A stretch of 63,365 nucleotides of DNA, counting the filler, from Octopus bimaculoides (lineage: Eukaryota): assembly GCF_001194135.2 (NCBI RefSeq). It is 3 parts of 3 records of this genome, joined end to end, with 100 filler letters (N's around TTAATTAATTAA, not from the genome) between each part and the next. Parts side by side here need not be neighbours in the genome. Positions count along the whole stretch, not along the records: positions 42,173 to 63,365 come from NC_068985.1; 2 more parts are not named here. One strand, written 5' to 3'. Within the stretch, counting starts at the first letter, position 1. Each line of letters opens with the position of its first letter. The notes beneath the pieces were generated by a model. The model was not told the origin of the DNA. It searched no databases and saw only the letters and a list, made by a program, of their open reading frames with translations. This document shows, one piece after another, positions 63,353-63,365 of the stretch. The position numbers and the translations under genes are program-made.

Positions 63353-63365
63353 GAACCAGACAAAC

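Overview
AT-rich, microsatellite-dense animal genomic DNA from a gapped draft scaffold. Almost every N-run is flanked by (TA)n, (TG)n or (TC)n. The SINE and LINE families resemble those I know from Octopus genomes; this species assignment is an inference. I cannot identify any host protein-coding gene with confidence, and most listed ORFs are microsatellite or gap artefacts. The recognisable content is decayed transposons: three tRNA-derived SINE families (about 13 copies, two with clear TSDs), CR1, RTE, R4/Dong-type RLE and L1/Tx1-type LINE fragments, Penelope-like (PLE) fragments, a Ty3/Gypsy RT relic, and several Tc1/mariner derivatives. Best leads: (1) five minimal type I hammerhead-ribozyme-like motifs in three sequence families, one with a repeated non-canonical CUGUUGA core and possibly arranged as a retrozyme-like direct repeat; (2) a 215-bp, 97%-identical inverted duplication inside a CR1 RT fragment; (3) a mariner made of two fused 5' halves; (4) a 128-bp near-perfect palindrome at a gap edge; (5) R4/Dong fragments clustered at (TAA)n. 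A few phase-compatible candidate exons are reported at low confidence.
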